DNA from: Hyphomonas sp.
GTDB taxonomy: Bacteria; Pseudomonadota; Alphaproteobacteria; Caulobacterales; Hyphomonadaceae
Direction of reading: 5' to 3'
DNA: 64,000 nt
Assembly (NCBI RefSeq): GCF_041398385.1
Contig: NZ_JAWKUW010000002.1
Location: 245,125 to 309,124, forward strand
In this document: positions 8,509-18,411 of the stretch, piece by piece
Numbering within the stretch: the first letter of the stretch is position 1
Layout: every line of letters begins with the position of its first letter
Position numbers and translations under genes: made by a program
Notes under the pieces: generated by a model
What the model was told of the DNA's origin: nothing
The model's database searches: none
Seen by the model: only the letters and a program-made list of their open reading frames with translations

Positions 8509-8936
8509 GCGCCAGTCTTCATTTTCGCGAGCATGGCGCCCATGGCGGCGTGGACCTGCTGGATCGCTTTCAGCGGGCGTACCATGACCTTGAAGTCCGT
8601 GATCTGACCATCGTCGTTCCATTCGATCATGTCGACGCCGTTGACGTGGACGCCGTCCATCTCGCATTCGAATTCGAGCACGGCCTTGTCGCCGCAGTCG
8701 AAGGCGCGCGTGTAGCGGAAGGTGTCGCCGCCGAGGGTCTGGCCCGCTGCCGTGAGGTAGGCGAGCGTGATCATCTTGCCTTCCTGCGGCGTGTGCACCA
8801 CGGGGCTGCGGAAGACGACCGTCTCGGCCAGCTGCCCGGCAAGGCCTTCCGGCGAATGATCGCTCTCCATCCAGTCGAACCAGCGCTGCAGGTGCGGGGT
8901 ATAGCCGGTCATCGGGATCAGGTGCTGTCGTGCCAT
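8505..8936 (-). CDS. NTF2/SnoaL-like family protein
   Basis: VVFRSPVVHTPQEGK, VLEFE...DGVHVNGVDMI, FKVMVRPLKA; GGAGG RBS. Confidence 0.85.
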   Translation of the reverse strand: MARQHLIPMTGYTPHLQRWFDWMESDHSPEGLAGQLAETVVFRSPVVHTPQEGKMITLAYLTAAGQTLGGDTFRYTRAFDCGDKAVLEFECEMDGVHVNGVDMIEWNDDGQITDFKVMVRPLKAIQQVHAAMGAMLAKMKTGA

Positions 8937-9020
8937 GTCGCTTCCTCCTGCGGCCATCCTAGGCGGGCGAGGGAAGGGCGGCAATCTTTCCGCAAGGTGA
9001 GTGGGCGCGGCGTTCCGCGC

Positions 9021-9575
9021 TCAGTCGCTGACGCAGAACTCCATCGGCATGAGAATGCCGGAGACGGGCAGCGCCTTGCCGTTGAGCGTGTAGGGCTGGA
9101 ACCGAATGCTGGCGAGCGTGGCGAGGGCGTGGGGCTCGAAGTCGGGATCGGAACAGCGGGCTTCAGGTGTTTGCGGTGTGCCGGTCTCGTCGATGTCGAA
9201 GACGAGGTCGCAGACGGCGCTCTTGTTGCGGGCGGAAAGCTGGGCCGGCATAGATACGGTTCCGGCCGACACGATGGCGGGATGTTTCGGGCCGCCCAGC
9301 TTGGCGACATCGCTTTCATCGACGCGCGCCTGCATACTGGCGGGCAGGGGCGTTGCGTCCAGCCGAGCCCGCAGGGGGCCGCAGGTGTCGGCGTAAGTGT
9401 TCTGCCCGCTGCGCATGGCGTCGGTCTTTGCCTTTTCGGCATCCTCGAACGAGGCGGGGGCGGCGGGTTTGTCGAACTCGGCTGCCATGTCGGTTCCTCC
9501 GTCTTCAGGTGCAGGCGCAAGGCCGCAGGCCGAAAGGCAGGCGGCCAAGGCAAGGGTAAGGAGCGCTGCGCGCAT
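9021..9575 (-). CDS. Lipoprotein with TonB C-terminal-like domain
   Basis: Lipobox LSAC; C-terminal C.LVFDIDETG.P...A.CS...FE..AL.....RFQP. Confidence 0.65.
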   Translation of the reverse strand: MRAALLTLALAACLSACGLAPAPEDGGTDMAAEFDKPAAPASFEDAEKAKTDAMRSGQNTYADTCGPLRARLDATPLPASMQARVDESDVAKLGGPKHPAIVSAGTVSMPAQLSARNKSAVCDLVFDIDETGTPQTPEARCSDPDFEPHALATLASIRFQPYTLNGKALPVSGILMPMEFCVSD

Positions 9576-9646
9576 GGGTCCGGTCTCCTCTGCCTTTTGC
9601 GGCTGTCGGGAGCCTAGCACGCAGGGGAGGCAGGAAAAGGGCCTGA

Positions 9647-10702
9647 TTAAGCCTCGTAGGCGGCAGCGAGGTCCGGATCCTTCGCGGCGACGAGGTCGGC
9701 GAGGTCTGAGATGACCTTGGCCTGTTTCCAGGTTGCATCGTCCTGCATCTTGCCGTCGATCATGGCGACGCCCGTGCCGTCCGGCATGGCGGCGAGGATC
9801 TTGCGGGCGAATTTCACCTCATTCGGGTCCGGGCTGAACACGCGCTTGGCGATGGCGATCTGGTTCGGGTGCAGGCTCCACGTACCGGCGCAGCCGAGCA
9901 GGAAGGCGTTGCGGAACTGCTGTTCGCAGGCGTCGAGGTCGGCAATGTCGCCGAACGGGCCGTAGAAGGCGTTGATCCCGGCCATGCGGCAGGCGTCGAC
10001 CATACGGGCGATGGTGTAGTGCCACGGGTCCTGCTGGGCGCTGGCGCGGGGGCTGCCGTCTTCGGTCGGGTCGTCGATGACGCGATAGAAGGGGTGGCCG
10101 CCGCCGACGCGGGTGGTCTTCATCTTGCGGTTCGCGGCGAGGTCCGCCGGGCCGAGCGAGATGCCCTGCATGCGCGGGGAGGCGAGGGCGATGTCTTCCA
10201 CGCGCGCCATGCCTTCGGCGGTTTCGAGAATGGCGTGGAACAGGATCGGGCGGGTGAGGCCGGCCTTGGCCTCAAGCTGGGCGACATACTGGTCGGCGAA
10301 GTGGATGTCCCACGGGCCTTCGACCTTGGGCAGCATGATCACGTCCAGCTGGTGGCCGGCATTCAGCACCAATTGTGAGACGTCTTCCTGGAACCAGGGG
10401 GAGTTCAGGCAGTTCACGCGGCTCCAGAAGCCGGTGCCCTTGCCCTGCCAGTCATACATCTTTGCCATTTCCACGGCACCGGCACGGGCGGCGTCTTTCG
10501 CGTCGGCGGGGATGGCGTCTTCAAGGTTTGCGAGGATCACGTCCACGCCGGGGGCCATGTCCGGTACCTTGGCGCGCACCTTGTCCAGGTGCGGCGGCAC
10601 GAAATGGATCATCCGCTCGAGCTTGACGGGCAGGTCCCGCATCGGCTCCGGCGCGCCGATGGCGAGCGGCTTGAAGAAATTTCGCGGCGTTTTCTGCGAC
10701 AT
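9647..10702 (-). CDS. CoA ester lyase (malyl-CoA lyase-like, CitE/HpcH family)
   Basis: [48 protein letters not shown]. Confidence 0.88.
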   Translation of the reverse strand: MSQKTPRNFFKPLAIGAPEPMRDLPVKLERMIHFVPPHLDKVRAKVPDMAPGVDVILANLEDAIPADAKDAARAGAVEMAKMYDWQGKGTGFWSRVNCLNSPWFQEDVSQLVLNAGHQLDVIMLPKVEGPWDIHFADQYVAQLEAKAGLTRPILFHAILETAEGMARVEDIALASPRMQGISLGPADLAANRKMKTTRVGGGHPFYRVIDDPTEDGSPRASAQQDPWHYTIARMVDACRMAGINAFYGPFGDIADLDACEQQFRNAFLLGCAGTWSLHPNQIAIAKRVFSPDPNEVKFARKILAAMPDGTGVAMIDGKMQDDATWKQAKVISDLADLVAAKDPDLAAAYEA

Positions 10703-10784
10703 GTATCCGTCCCTGCAATTCTTTGCAGGAAGGGTTAGGACCAATGCTGCAGCGCGTCAAACGCCGTTTTGGCGCAGGACCGGC

Positions 10785-11018
10785 TCAGCCTTCGCTGGTC
10801 TCGTTCGCGGCGATGCGGCCCTCAGCCTGGTAGGCGCGGCGGTAGATCGCAACCGCAATGGCCGCAACACCCAGCGCCGTCACGGCCTCGCCGCCAAGGA
10901 TGACGGAATTCGGGAAGTGCAGTTCCGCGAGGATCGACCAGGTGGCCGTGAAGAAGGTGAGGCCGGCAATCTCGGTCAGCAGGACCGTCGGAACGAGCGC
11001 TTTGAGGACACGGTTCAT
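10785..11018 (-). CDS. Small two-TM hypothetical membrane protein
   Basis: 77 aa with two hydrophobic helices; normal codon style. Confidence 0.7.
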   Translation of the reverse strand: MNRVLKALVPTVLLTEIAGLTFFTATWSILAELHFPNSVILGGEAVTALGVAAIAVAIYRRAYQAEGRIAANETSEG

Positions 11019-11091
11019 GGGTGAAGCCTTCTGTGTTCGCAGCGTTTTATATCGCGCCGGCCGGGTTTTTGCGCAATCGCGAAATCACAGA

Positions 11092-11598
11092 TCAGCGCGA
11101 GAAGGTGTAGGCGTTGCGCCGGATGGTTTCGCCGCCCTCGTCGAAGGTGACGAGCTTGGTCCAGTTCATCCAGTCAGGGGAGAACGTGTAGACATGCTTG
11201 CAGGTGGCCGGGCGGTCATCGTCCTGGCAGGCCTCTTCCGTCACGATGACTAGCAGGTCCGCGGTTTCCGTCCGGGCAGTGACCGTCGCGCCGTCAAGGG
11301 TGCGGCCCTCATCGGTGATGAGGATTTCGCTGCTGCCGTCGGCTGAGGGTTCTTTCGGATAGTGCAGGCTGAGGGACAGGCCGCCGGGAACCGGCGCCAG
11401 CTTTGCCTCAACTGACAAAGTCACATCCCCGAAAGGCGGGCTGTAGTCGCGATAGGTGAGCGTTCCGGCCCAGTCATCGCCCGCAATCCGTTCAAGATCT
11501 GCCGTGGTGACGCGGGGCGCGTCCAGAGGAGCGAGCGTGGTGCAGGCGGGCAGGCTGGCGGCTGACAGTAGTGCGACGCAGATGAGGGAATGTTTCAT
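11092..11598 (-). CDS. Hypothetical lipoprotein
   Basis: Signal peptide ending LPAC; W.GTLTYRDY and CQDDDRPA motifs; GGAG RBS. Confidence 0.75.
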   Translation of the reverse strand: MKHSLICVALLSAASLPACTTLAPLDAPRVTTADLERIAGDDWAGTLTYRDYSPPFGDVTLSVEAKLAPVPGGLSLSLHYPKEPSADGSSEILITDEGRTLDGATVTARTETADLLVIVTEEACQDDDRPATCKHVYTFSPDWMNWTKLVTFDEGGETIRRNAYTFSR

Positions 11599-11620
11599 GG
11601 GCGTCTCCGATCCTTCAGGA

Positions 11621-12544
11621 TCAGATACGTACGCGCTGCGCCAATGGATGTGCGGTTTCGAGAAGTTCCGCCAGTTCGTCGGTCAGGACGTGGGTGTAGA
11701 TCTGGGTCGTGGCGATGTCGGCATGGCCGAGCAGGGTCTGCACGCTGCGCAGGTCCGCGCCGCCCATCAGGAGGTGCGTCGCATAGGCATGGCGCAGGGC
11801 GTGCGGGTGTACGCGGTCCGGCCGGATGCCGGCGGTGGCGGCGAGTTCTTCCAGCAATTGCGCCAGCCGCCGGCGGGTCAGGTGGCCCGCCTTGCCGCGC
11901 GACGGGAAAACAAAGGCTTCCGAGCGGCCACGGGCAAGGCTGCCCTCCGGAAGGGTGGCCTCACGCACGGCGAGCCAGTCGGACAGGGCCGTGAGTGCCG
12001 GCTTGCCGAGCGGGCAGAGCCGTTCCTTGCCGCCCTTGCCGCGGATGATGATGTCGCGCGTCACCCAGCGGCTGCCCTTGCGCCGTGGCAGGCTGCCGAG
12101 CGTCAGCGACACAAGCTCCGTCGCGCGCAGGCCTGCGCCGTAGAGAAGTTCGACGAGGCACTTCAGGCGCAGGTCTTCGCCGCAGGTCTCGATCAGGCGC
12201 TTCATTTCCTCGCGCGAGAGCACATCAGGCACGTCGCGGCCGGGTTTCGGGCCGTCCAGCTTGGCGGTCGGGTCGTCCTTGCGGTCGCCTTCCTCGAACA
12301 GGAACCTGAAAAAGCGGCGCACGGCCGACAGCTTGCGGGCCTGAGACGACGGCGCTAGGCCACGGGCGGACAGGTCCGCCAGCCATCCGGCCAGCTCGCG
12401 CCCCGTCGCATCGGAAAGGTTGCCGCCGCAGAATTCGGAGGCGTCGAGCAGGTCGCGGCCATAGGCGTCGAGCGTATTGGCCGCTGCACCGCGCTCGGCG
12501 GACATCATTTCAAGGAAGGCTTCGATGCGGGCGCGGTCTGACAT
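11621..12544 (-). CDS. xerD: Site-specific tyrosine recombinase XerD
   Basis: ERGAAANTLDAY; catalytic R (GLRATE), K (GKGGKER), HALRH, LLGH, TTQIYTHV. Confidence 0.9.
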   Translation of the reverse strand: MSDRARIEAFLEMMSAERGAAANTLDAYGRDLLDASEFCGGNLSDATGRELAGWLADLSARGLAPSSQARKLSAVRRFFRFLFEEGDRKDDPTAKLDGPKPGRDVPDVLSREEMKRLIETCGEDLRLKCLVELLYGAGLRATELVSLTLGSLPRRKGSRWVTRDIIIRGKGGKERLCPLGKPALTALSDWLAVREATLPEGSLARGRSEAFVFPSRGKAGHLTRRRLAQLLEELAATAGIRPDRVHPHALRHAYATHLLMGGADLRSVQTLLGHADIATTQIYTHVLTDELAELLETAHPLAQRVRI

Positions 12545-12677
12545 GGCCGGACTCTGCCGCAGGGAAGTTGAAAGCGCGTGAAGACGGGGAGGGATTGCTG
12601 CGGCGCACAATCACAAGTCGAGGGAAAGACAGTTTACGCGCTTTTGGGACCGGGCGTTTTCGCTTAATCCTTACCGA

Positions 12678-13409
12678 ATGGTAGGGCCATATCTGATCCG
12701 CTATCCGCGCCGCCGGCCGGTGCGTGCCGTCCTTCGATGGATGACCGGACGGCTGATCCACCATTTCGGCCATCTCGACGTGCAGGGGATCGAGAATGTG
12801 CCGAAAACGGGCCCGGTGATCCTTGCGGCCAACCACTTCAATTTCGTCGATCCGCCGCTGATCCTTTATACCAGTCCGCGCATGGTGGAGTTCATCGGCG
12901 GGGCGGAACGGCCGAACTCGCCGCCCTGGGCCCAGATGATCCCGAAAATGTGGGGCTTCATCCGCGCCTATCGGGGCGGGTTCAGCCGCTCGACGCTGAA
13001 GCATTCCCTCGGCGTGCTGGAGCAGGGGGGCGTTCTTGGCATTTTCCCGGAAGGCGGCAGCTGGGCGACCCTGCTGCGGCCCGCGCGGCCGGGCCTTGCC
13101 TTTCTTGCGCTGCATAGCGGCGCGCAGGTGGTGCCGGTCAGCATTGCCGGGGCGGAAAACCTGCTGGGCGGCAAGAAACAGCCCGTCAAAGTCATCTTCC
13201 ATCCGCCGGTCGCTGCGCCGCAGATTGCCGAAACCGGGATCGAGCGGCGCCATGCGCTCGATGCCTATGGCAGCAAGATCATGTCGATGATCGCCATGGG
13301 CCTGCCGGACAGCCAGCGCGGGCTCTACTCCAACGATCCCGAGGCGCGGGCGGCGGCGGAGGCGGTGTCGGACTATCCGTTCCACCTGCCGGAATTGCGG
13401 GGCATGTAG
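12678..13409 (+). CDS. Lysophospholipid (PlsC-family) acyltransferase
   Basis: NHFNFVD (HX4D) and IFPEG motifs. Confidence 0.9.
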   Translation: MVGPYLIRYPRRRPVRAVLRWMTGRLIHHFGHLDVQGIENVPKTGPVILAANHFNFVDPPLILYTSPRMVEFIGGAERPNSPPWAQMIPKMWGFIRAYRGGFSRSTLKHSLGVLEQGGVLGIFPEGGSWATLLRPARPGLAFLALHSGAQVVPVSIAGAENLLGGKKQPVKVIFHPPVAAPQIAETGIERRHALDAYGSKIMSMIAMGLPDSQRGLYSNDPEARAAAEAVSDYPFHLPELRGM

Positions 13410-13501
13410 GGCCTCAAAAAATCTTCCAGGCCTGCATCCAAACACGGTTTCTGCTGCATCCTCACCGGAAGGCCGCGTGTGCCCTGCCCGGAGGAGAGTT
13501 C

Positions 13502-14260
13502 ATGTTCCCGCGCCCGATCCTGTTTCCGTTCGCCTGCCTGCTGGCCGCCTGCACGACGGCGCCGCCGGCCCCCGCAGGTGTTCCTTTCGACGTCACGGGA
13601 TTGCAGGCCGATCCCGGCTTTGTCGAAGCGGACGCAGATGTTGCCGCCGCGAAGGCGCAGATCGAAGCCTTCTTCGGCCGTCCGTTTGCCGAGCCGGTGC
13701 GCGTGACCATCGCCGCGGATCGTGCCGCCTTCGATGCGGTGATGCCGGCAGAGTGGGGCATGACGCCGACCCAATGCTGGATGGTGGGTGTGGGCGTCGC
13801 GGACTGGTTTGCCGTTCTCTCCCCTGCGGCGTGGGCCGGCGAGGCCTGCGAGCATGATGGCCGCGATGCAGAGGCAGTCCGCGAACTGATCGCCCATGAG
13901 CTGACCCATTCCTATCACGGGCAGAACAATCCGACCCGGGACTTTACCGGCATGGACGATATGGGCTGGTTCGTCGAAGGGCTGGCGACCTATGTCTCCG
14001 GCCAGCTGGACGGCGACCATGCAAGCGATGCGGCGGCGGCGATTGCTGCAGGGCAGGCGCCTGCCGAACTGGAAGCGGCCTGGGGCGGAAAGTACCGCTA
14101 TGGCGTCAGCGGCTCGATGGTGGCCTTTATCGATGACCGTTTCGGGCGGGACGCACTGACCGCCCTGTTGCCCGCGACAAGCGAGGCGGAGCTTCTCGGC
14201 CGGCTCGGCCTGACGGAAGCCGAATTCCTTGAAAGCTGGAAAGCCTGGGTGACGGCCTAG
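13502..14260 (+). CDS. Lipoprotein, putative gluzincin metallopeptidase-like
   Basis: Lipobox LAAC; HELTH (HExxH) plus downstream WFVEGLATY. Confidence 0.7.
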   Translation: MFPRPILFPFACLLAACTTAPPAPAGVPFDVTGLQADPGFVEADADVAAAKAQIEAFFGRPFAEPVRVTIAADRAAFDAVMPAEWGMTPTQCWMVGVGVADWFAVLSPAAWAGEACEHDGRDAEAVRELIAHELTHSYHGQNNPTRDFTGMDDMGWFVEGLATYVSGQLDGDHASDAAAAIAAGQAPAELEAAWGGKYRYGVSGSMVAFIDDRFGRDALTALLPATSEAELLGRLGLTEAEFLESWKAWVTA

Positions 14261-14715
14261 GCGTCGCGCTTCAGCAGGACGCGGGCGACCCTCAGCGTGC
14301 GGCTCGCGATCCGGATTTCCAGGAGGAAATAGATCAGGCCTGCGACGAGCACGCTCATCGCGGCGATGAACAGGATCGAGACGGCCTGGGTCACCGGCAT
14401 GTGCAGCAGCTGGCCGGTGAACAGGAGGATGATCACCACACAGACGAGCAGGGCGGCGAGCGTCGAGAGGGCAATCGCCCGGTTGATGTTGGCCATGCGC
14501 CGGTCGAGCCCGCTGAGTTCTTCGACACGAATCTTGCGCGCGTCCGCGTCGCAGGTTGCGAGGTCTGCCTCCAGCGCGCGCCAGCGGTCGACGACGCGGG
14601 CAAGGCGGTTGGCCATCACATTCAGGAAGGCGCCGATGCCGGCCAGCAGGAAGACCGGCGCAATGGCGATCTGGATGACATGGGCGATGTCTTCGGGGAT
14701 GGCGACGTCAGGCAT
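14257..14715 (-). CDS. DUF2721 family membrane protein
   Basis: IQIAIAPVFLLAGIGAFLNVMANRLARVVDR signature. Confidence 0.85.
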   Translation of the reverse strand: MPDVAIPEDIAHVIQIAIAPVFLLAGIGAFLNVMANRLARVVDRWRALEADLATCDADARKIRVEELSGLDRRMANINRAIALSTLAALLVCVVIILLFTGQLLHMPVTQAVSILFIAAMSVLVAGLIYFLLEIRIASRTLRVARVLLKRDA

Positions 14716-14787
14716 GGTCTTGCGTCCGTAGGGTGTGAACGCTCCCGCTTAGACCATGCCCGCTGATTCGTCGCCCCGCCGTTGCGC

Positions 14788-16737
14788 TTATTCCGGATTG
14801 TACCAGACAGGGCTGGTCCAGGCGCGCTCCTGGATGGTGGAGGGCATGTCCGGATTGGGCGGTGTGCCGTTGCGGGCCGCGTCCCAGCTGGACCAGCGGC
14901 AGGACGGGTTTTCCAGAACGCGGACATAATAGGCGGCGCGCTGCGATGGGTCGAAGGCGGGATCGTGCCAGAGCGCCTTCAGTTCGCCGACGCCGGTGCC
15001 GTCATTCGTGGAGCAGTCGGCGAGGTTGACGCTTGCGCCATTGTCCGGGCACCGATGGGTTTCGGGGTCGGGCAGGGCACCGCCGGAGCAGGCCGCATCA
15101 TAGACCGTTTCGTGCGCTTCGTTTGCGGCGTCGGTCCACACCTTCACGACCTGCAGGCGCTGGAGCGGATAGGAGTAGGAGTCCCGCATCGCCCAGGCGA
15201 GGATGCCGGGCGCGGTGCCGTCGCCGCCGGACAGCTCACCGCCCTGCGGCACGCCCGCGGCATAGGCTTTCGCAACAAGGTCCGGGTCCGACAGGAGCGA
15301 CGCATCGAAGCCGAAGCCTGCGAACATGCGGGCCTTGATGCGGGGGCCGGAGGTGCCGAAGGTTTCCTTGCGGCGGATCGCGTCGAAGATGGCTTCGCGG
15401 GTGTTTTCATCCGCCCACACACCGGCAAGGCCGGAGGCGCTGTACTGGCTGGCGGCCAGCAGGCGGCGCATGTCGTTCGGCCCGACCGGGATGGGTCCGT
15501 TGACTTCAACCTCCGCGACGTCCCAGGTCTTTGCGCCGTCCGGCGGAACCGAGTGGCGCGCTTCGGGGCTCGCCCCATCGGCCGGGAACTTGCCCCAGAA
15601 TTTCTCCTCGATGAACGGCCCGGCGGCGATATGCGTGTCGGACGATCCGATGAAGCCGAACTTGTACGGGTTGAAGCCACCCACGCCTTGCAGGGCGAGA
15701 CCGCGGCCGAGGGCGGTTCGGGCGAAATCGCCCGTATGCGGAGAAGACTTCTCGGCACTGCCGATAAAGGACTCGTAGAGTTCGAAGCCGGCCCATTCAT
15801 CGTTCGGGGACAGGGAAGGGTGAGTTTCCGAGGTGCCCTTGATCTGGGTGATCTCCATGACCGGCTCGTTGCGCATCCGGGTGGTGGCATAGTCCGCTGT
15901 CAGCGCGCCGCCTTCATAGGTCTCCATGGCGAACATTTCGCCATTGGACGCGTTGGAATTGTGCGGAATGGACATGACGTCGCGGCCATCCGCGCGCTGG
16001 CCATCCATCCAGTCCCAGAGGTCTTCGGGATTGGTCGAGTCGAGCGTCGAGAAAAGCCGGTCCGGCGCCTCGCCGCGGAAGATGACATTACGGTGGAGGT
16101 TCGCCGCCGCCGGGGTCTTCGCCTCGACCACCTGGGTCATTGCGGTGAATTCATAGCCGGCAAAAGTCGTGAACTTGCCCGGTTCGTAGTGCCGGTTGGC
16201 CGCGTCGATGGCCCGGCCCCAGGCGGAATCGATCACATCGCGATCGTAGATTTCCTCGACCTCTTCGCCGGTAACGATGGTGATGCCGACATTCTGGAAG
16301 GATTGTCCCGGATTGACGGCGTCCGGGCCGAATACGGATTTCGCAAAGTCGGTCTGGGACAGGGCTGAGCCCGGCGTCGCCATCACGGGCAGGATGCCCA
16401 TGTATTCGCCATGGTCGGTGACGGCGAGGAAATCGAGCGGGCCGCTTTCAAGCTGGATGTCATAGCCCGCTTCGATGTGGAGCTTTTCGCCCTTGGCGAA
16501 GCGGTAGGCATCGTCCGGCGTCGCGCGGACGTTCGCGATGAAGGCGTCGAAGGACTGCCCGGTGTGGACGTGCAGGTCGCCAAACAGCGCGACACGGGCC
16601 GAAGGGTCGGCAGGCGCGTCCATTGTGACGGCCGGTTCCGCAGCCGCGAGGGTCTCTTTTGCTGCGTCGGTGCTGGTGTCCGTGCCGCAGGCTGCCAGCA
16701 CAAACAGTGAAGCGCTCGCCAGTGCGAGATGTTTCAT
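14788..16737 (-). CDS. DUF3604 family lipoprotein (PHP-like hydrolase fold)
   Basis: Lipobox LAAC; FGDLHVHT, VTDHGE, NLHRNV, IPHNSN, SSDTH, QERAWTSPVWY. Confidence 0.88.
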   Translation of the reverse strand: MKHLALASASLFVLAACGTDTSTDAAKETLAAAEPAVTMDAPADPSARVALFGDLHVHTGQSFDAFIANVRATPDDAYRFAKGEKLHIEAGYDIQLESGPLDFLAVTDHGEYMGILPVMATPGSALSQTDFAKSVFGPDAVNPGQSFQNVGITIVTGEEVEEIYDRDVIDSAWGRAIDAANRHYEPGKFTTFAGYEFTAMTQVVEAKTPAAANLHRNVIFRGEAPDRLFSTLDSTNPEDLWDWMDGQRADGRDVMSIPHNSNASNGEMFAMETYEGGALTADYATTRMRNEPVMEITQIKGTSETHPSLSPNDEWAGFELYESFIGSAEKSSPHTGDFARTALGRGLALQGVGGFNPYKFGFIGSSDTHIAAGPFIEEKFWGKFPADGASPEARHSVPPDGAKTWDVAEVEVNGPIPVGPNDMRRLLAASQYSASGLAGVWADENTREAIFDAIRRKETFGTSGPRIKARMFAGFGFDASLLSDPDLVAKAYAAGVPQGGELSGGDGTAPGILAWAMRDSYSYPLQRLQVVKVWTDAANEAHETVYDAACSGGALPDPETHRCPDNGASVNLADCSTNDGTGVGELKALWHDPAFDPSQRAAYYVRVLENPSCRWSSWDAARNGTPPNPDMPSTIQERAWTSPVWYNPE

Positions 16738-16809
16738 GGATTTTCCTCCCCTGTAATATTTTCAGGGAGCATCGGCCTCCCGGCAGCAGAGATCAAGCGG
16801 CAGGGGAAT

Positions 16810-18411
16810 TTATTTCTGGGTCTTCCAGTAGCCGGTCGCCTCAAGGGCCAGCGTCCGGGCGAGATCCTCCGCCCCGACACGCCGCAATGCCTCGACGAGG
16901 ATGGCAAGGTCTGCCGGATCGAATTTCGACGGGTCGCCCGCGGTCAGTTCCAGCGTGGAGAGGATGGTTTCGGCCGTCGCGCCGGAACGTGTGGCAGCGA
17001 GGACCGACATGACCTTGCCGGGGGCGAGCGCCTTGCCCGGTGCTTCGCTTTCCTTCGCGATAAAGGCGCGGCCATCGGAGGGCGCCGTCGTGTAGAAGGC
17101 CGACCAGAGCATCATGACCCGCGCGGCGGCGCGCTTCTCGCTCGCGGTCTTTGCTGTCTCCATCAGGCGTTCGGTGACCGCCGCAACCGACCGGTTGCCG
17201 GTATTTGAACCGGCCAGAACCACAAGCGCGTCGATCCAGGCGGTTTCGAAGGCGGGCAGGCCCGACTCTTCCAGCTTGATGGCGCTGGTCCAGCGATTGG
17301 CTTCACGGGCATTGCCGGCGGCGATGCAGGCGCGTGCGAAGGTCAGGGCAAAGGGCGCCGTGTCCGGCTCGACCTGCAGGCGGGCAAGGTCGGGGGCGAG
17401 CAGGCGGGAAATGGCGGCAAAGCGGGCTGCGTCGCCAGAGGCATCTTTCAGGGCGGCGGCCAGCGCGGCGGCCTTTTCCGGCGTTTCGCGGAACGCATCG
17501 GCTGAGGTGAAATAGGCCTTGTCGAGCGCGGTTGCCTGCACATAGCCGTCGGCGGCGAGCGCGGAATTATAGGCGGTGCGGTGTTCGTCGGCCGTCAGCA
17601 GTCCGGCCGCGGCGGCGATGTTGGCTGCCTTCACGCGCAGGACCGGCGGGGTCAGCTTCTGCCGGGCCATCGCGGCGGCGACATCCGGGCGTCCGGGGTC
17701 GCCGCCCTTGGCCGGAGCGGCAAGGTTTGCCCGGAAGGACATGGCGAGGTCGATCCCGGAATCGAATTTGGCTGTCGGCGGATTCGGCATCTCGCCGGAG
17801 GCGGCGAACACGGCGTTCAGCAGCCAGCTGTCCTCGACGCCCTGCGACCGGGCCATTTCGATCGCGAGTTCGGCCCCGGACGTGTTGCCGGCCAGGGCGG
17901 CGCAGACGGCGCGCAGCTTTGCCCAATAGGCGCTGTCATGCCCGTCCTGGCCGACGCCGGCACAGGCGGTCGCCTGATTGCCCATGGCAAGGTTGAGGTC
18001 CGCGGCGGTTTCGGCAGGGTCGAGACCGGGGGGAGGGGTTTCCAGCCGGCCCATCAGGGCGGCGGCGGCCGAGGCTTCGCCAAGCTCGAACGCAATGCGG
18101 GCCCGTTCGGCCAGCATTTCATCTTTTTCCTCGCCCGCCGGGGCCAGGGCCGGGGAGAGAACCATGCGGCGCAGCAAGGCGCGCTCGGCGGGCGTGAGGC
18201 CCTTGGTGCGGACCTCCCGCAGCATTGGCAACAGGTCTTCCGTGCGCGCGCCGCGCCACATGGCGGTCTGGAAGGGGGTGTCGCTCTGCTCCAGGAAGCC
18301 GAGGCCCCAGGGGTCGACCTGTCCGAGGGCGCTGTCCTCGATCTGTGCGCCAGCCGGCCCGGCGAGGCAGGCCGCCAGCAGCGCTGCGCAAAGCCCCTGC
18401 CTAGACCACAT
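16810..18411 (-). CDS. Conserved exported Ala-rich hypothetical protein
   Basis: Signal peptide; conserved Cys pair (TAC...KLRAVC); position divergent from aroK typical of Alphaproteobacteria. Confidence 0.75.
   Translation of the reverse strand: MWSRQGLCAALLAACLAGPAGAQIEDSALGQVDPWGLGFLEQSDTPFQTAMWRGARTEDLLPMLREVRTKGLTPAERALLRRMVLSPALAPAGEEKDEMLAERARIAFELGEASAAAALMGRLETPPPGLDPAETAADLNLAMGNQATACAGVGQDGHDSAYWAKLRAVCAALAGNTSGAELAIEMARSQGVEDSWLLNAVFAASGEMPNPPTAKFDSGIDLAMSFRANLAAPAKGGDPGRPDVAAAMARQKLTPPVLRVKAANIAAAAGLLTADEHRTAYNSALAADGYVQATALDKAYFTSADAFRETPEKAAALAAALKDASGDAARFAAISRLLAPDLARLQVEPDTAPFALTFARACIAAGNAREANRWTSAIKLEESGLPAFETAWIDALVVLAGSNTGNRSVAAVTERLMETAKTASEKRAAARVMMLWSAFYTTAPSDGRAFIAKESEAPGKALAPGKVMSVLAATRSGATAETILSTLELTAGDPSKFDPADLAILVEALRRVGAEDLARTLALEATGYWKTQK

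Noticed and set aside
11621-12544. Tyrosine recombinase as a possible prophage or island integrase
   Set aside because: Sequence matches housekeeping XerD; no att/tRNA, phage or conjugation genes nearby.
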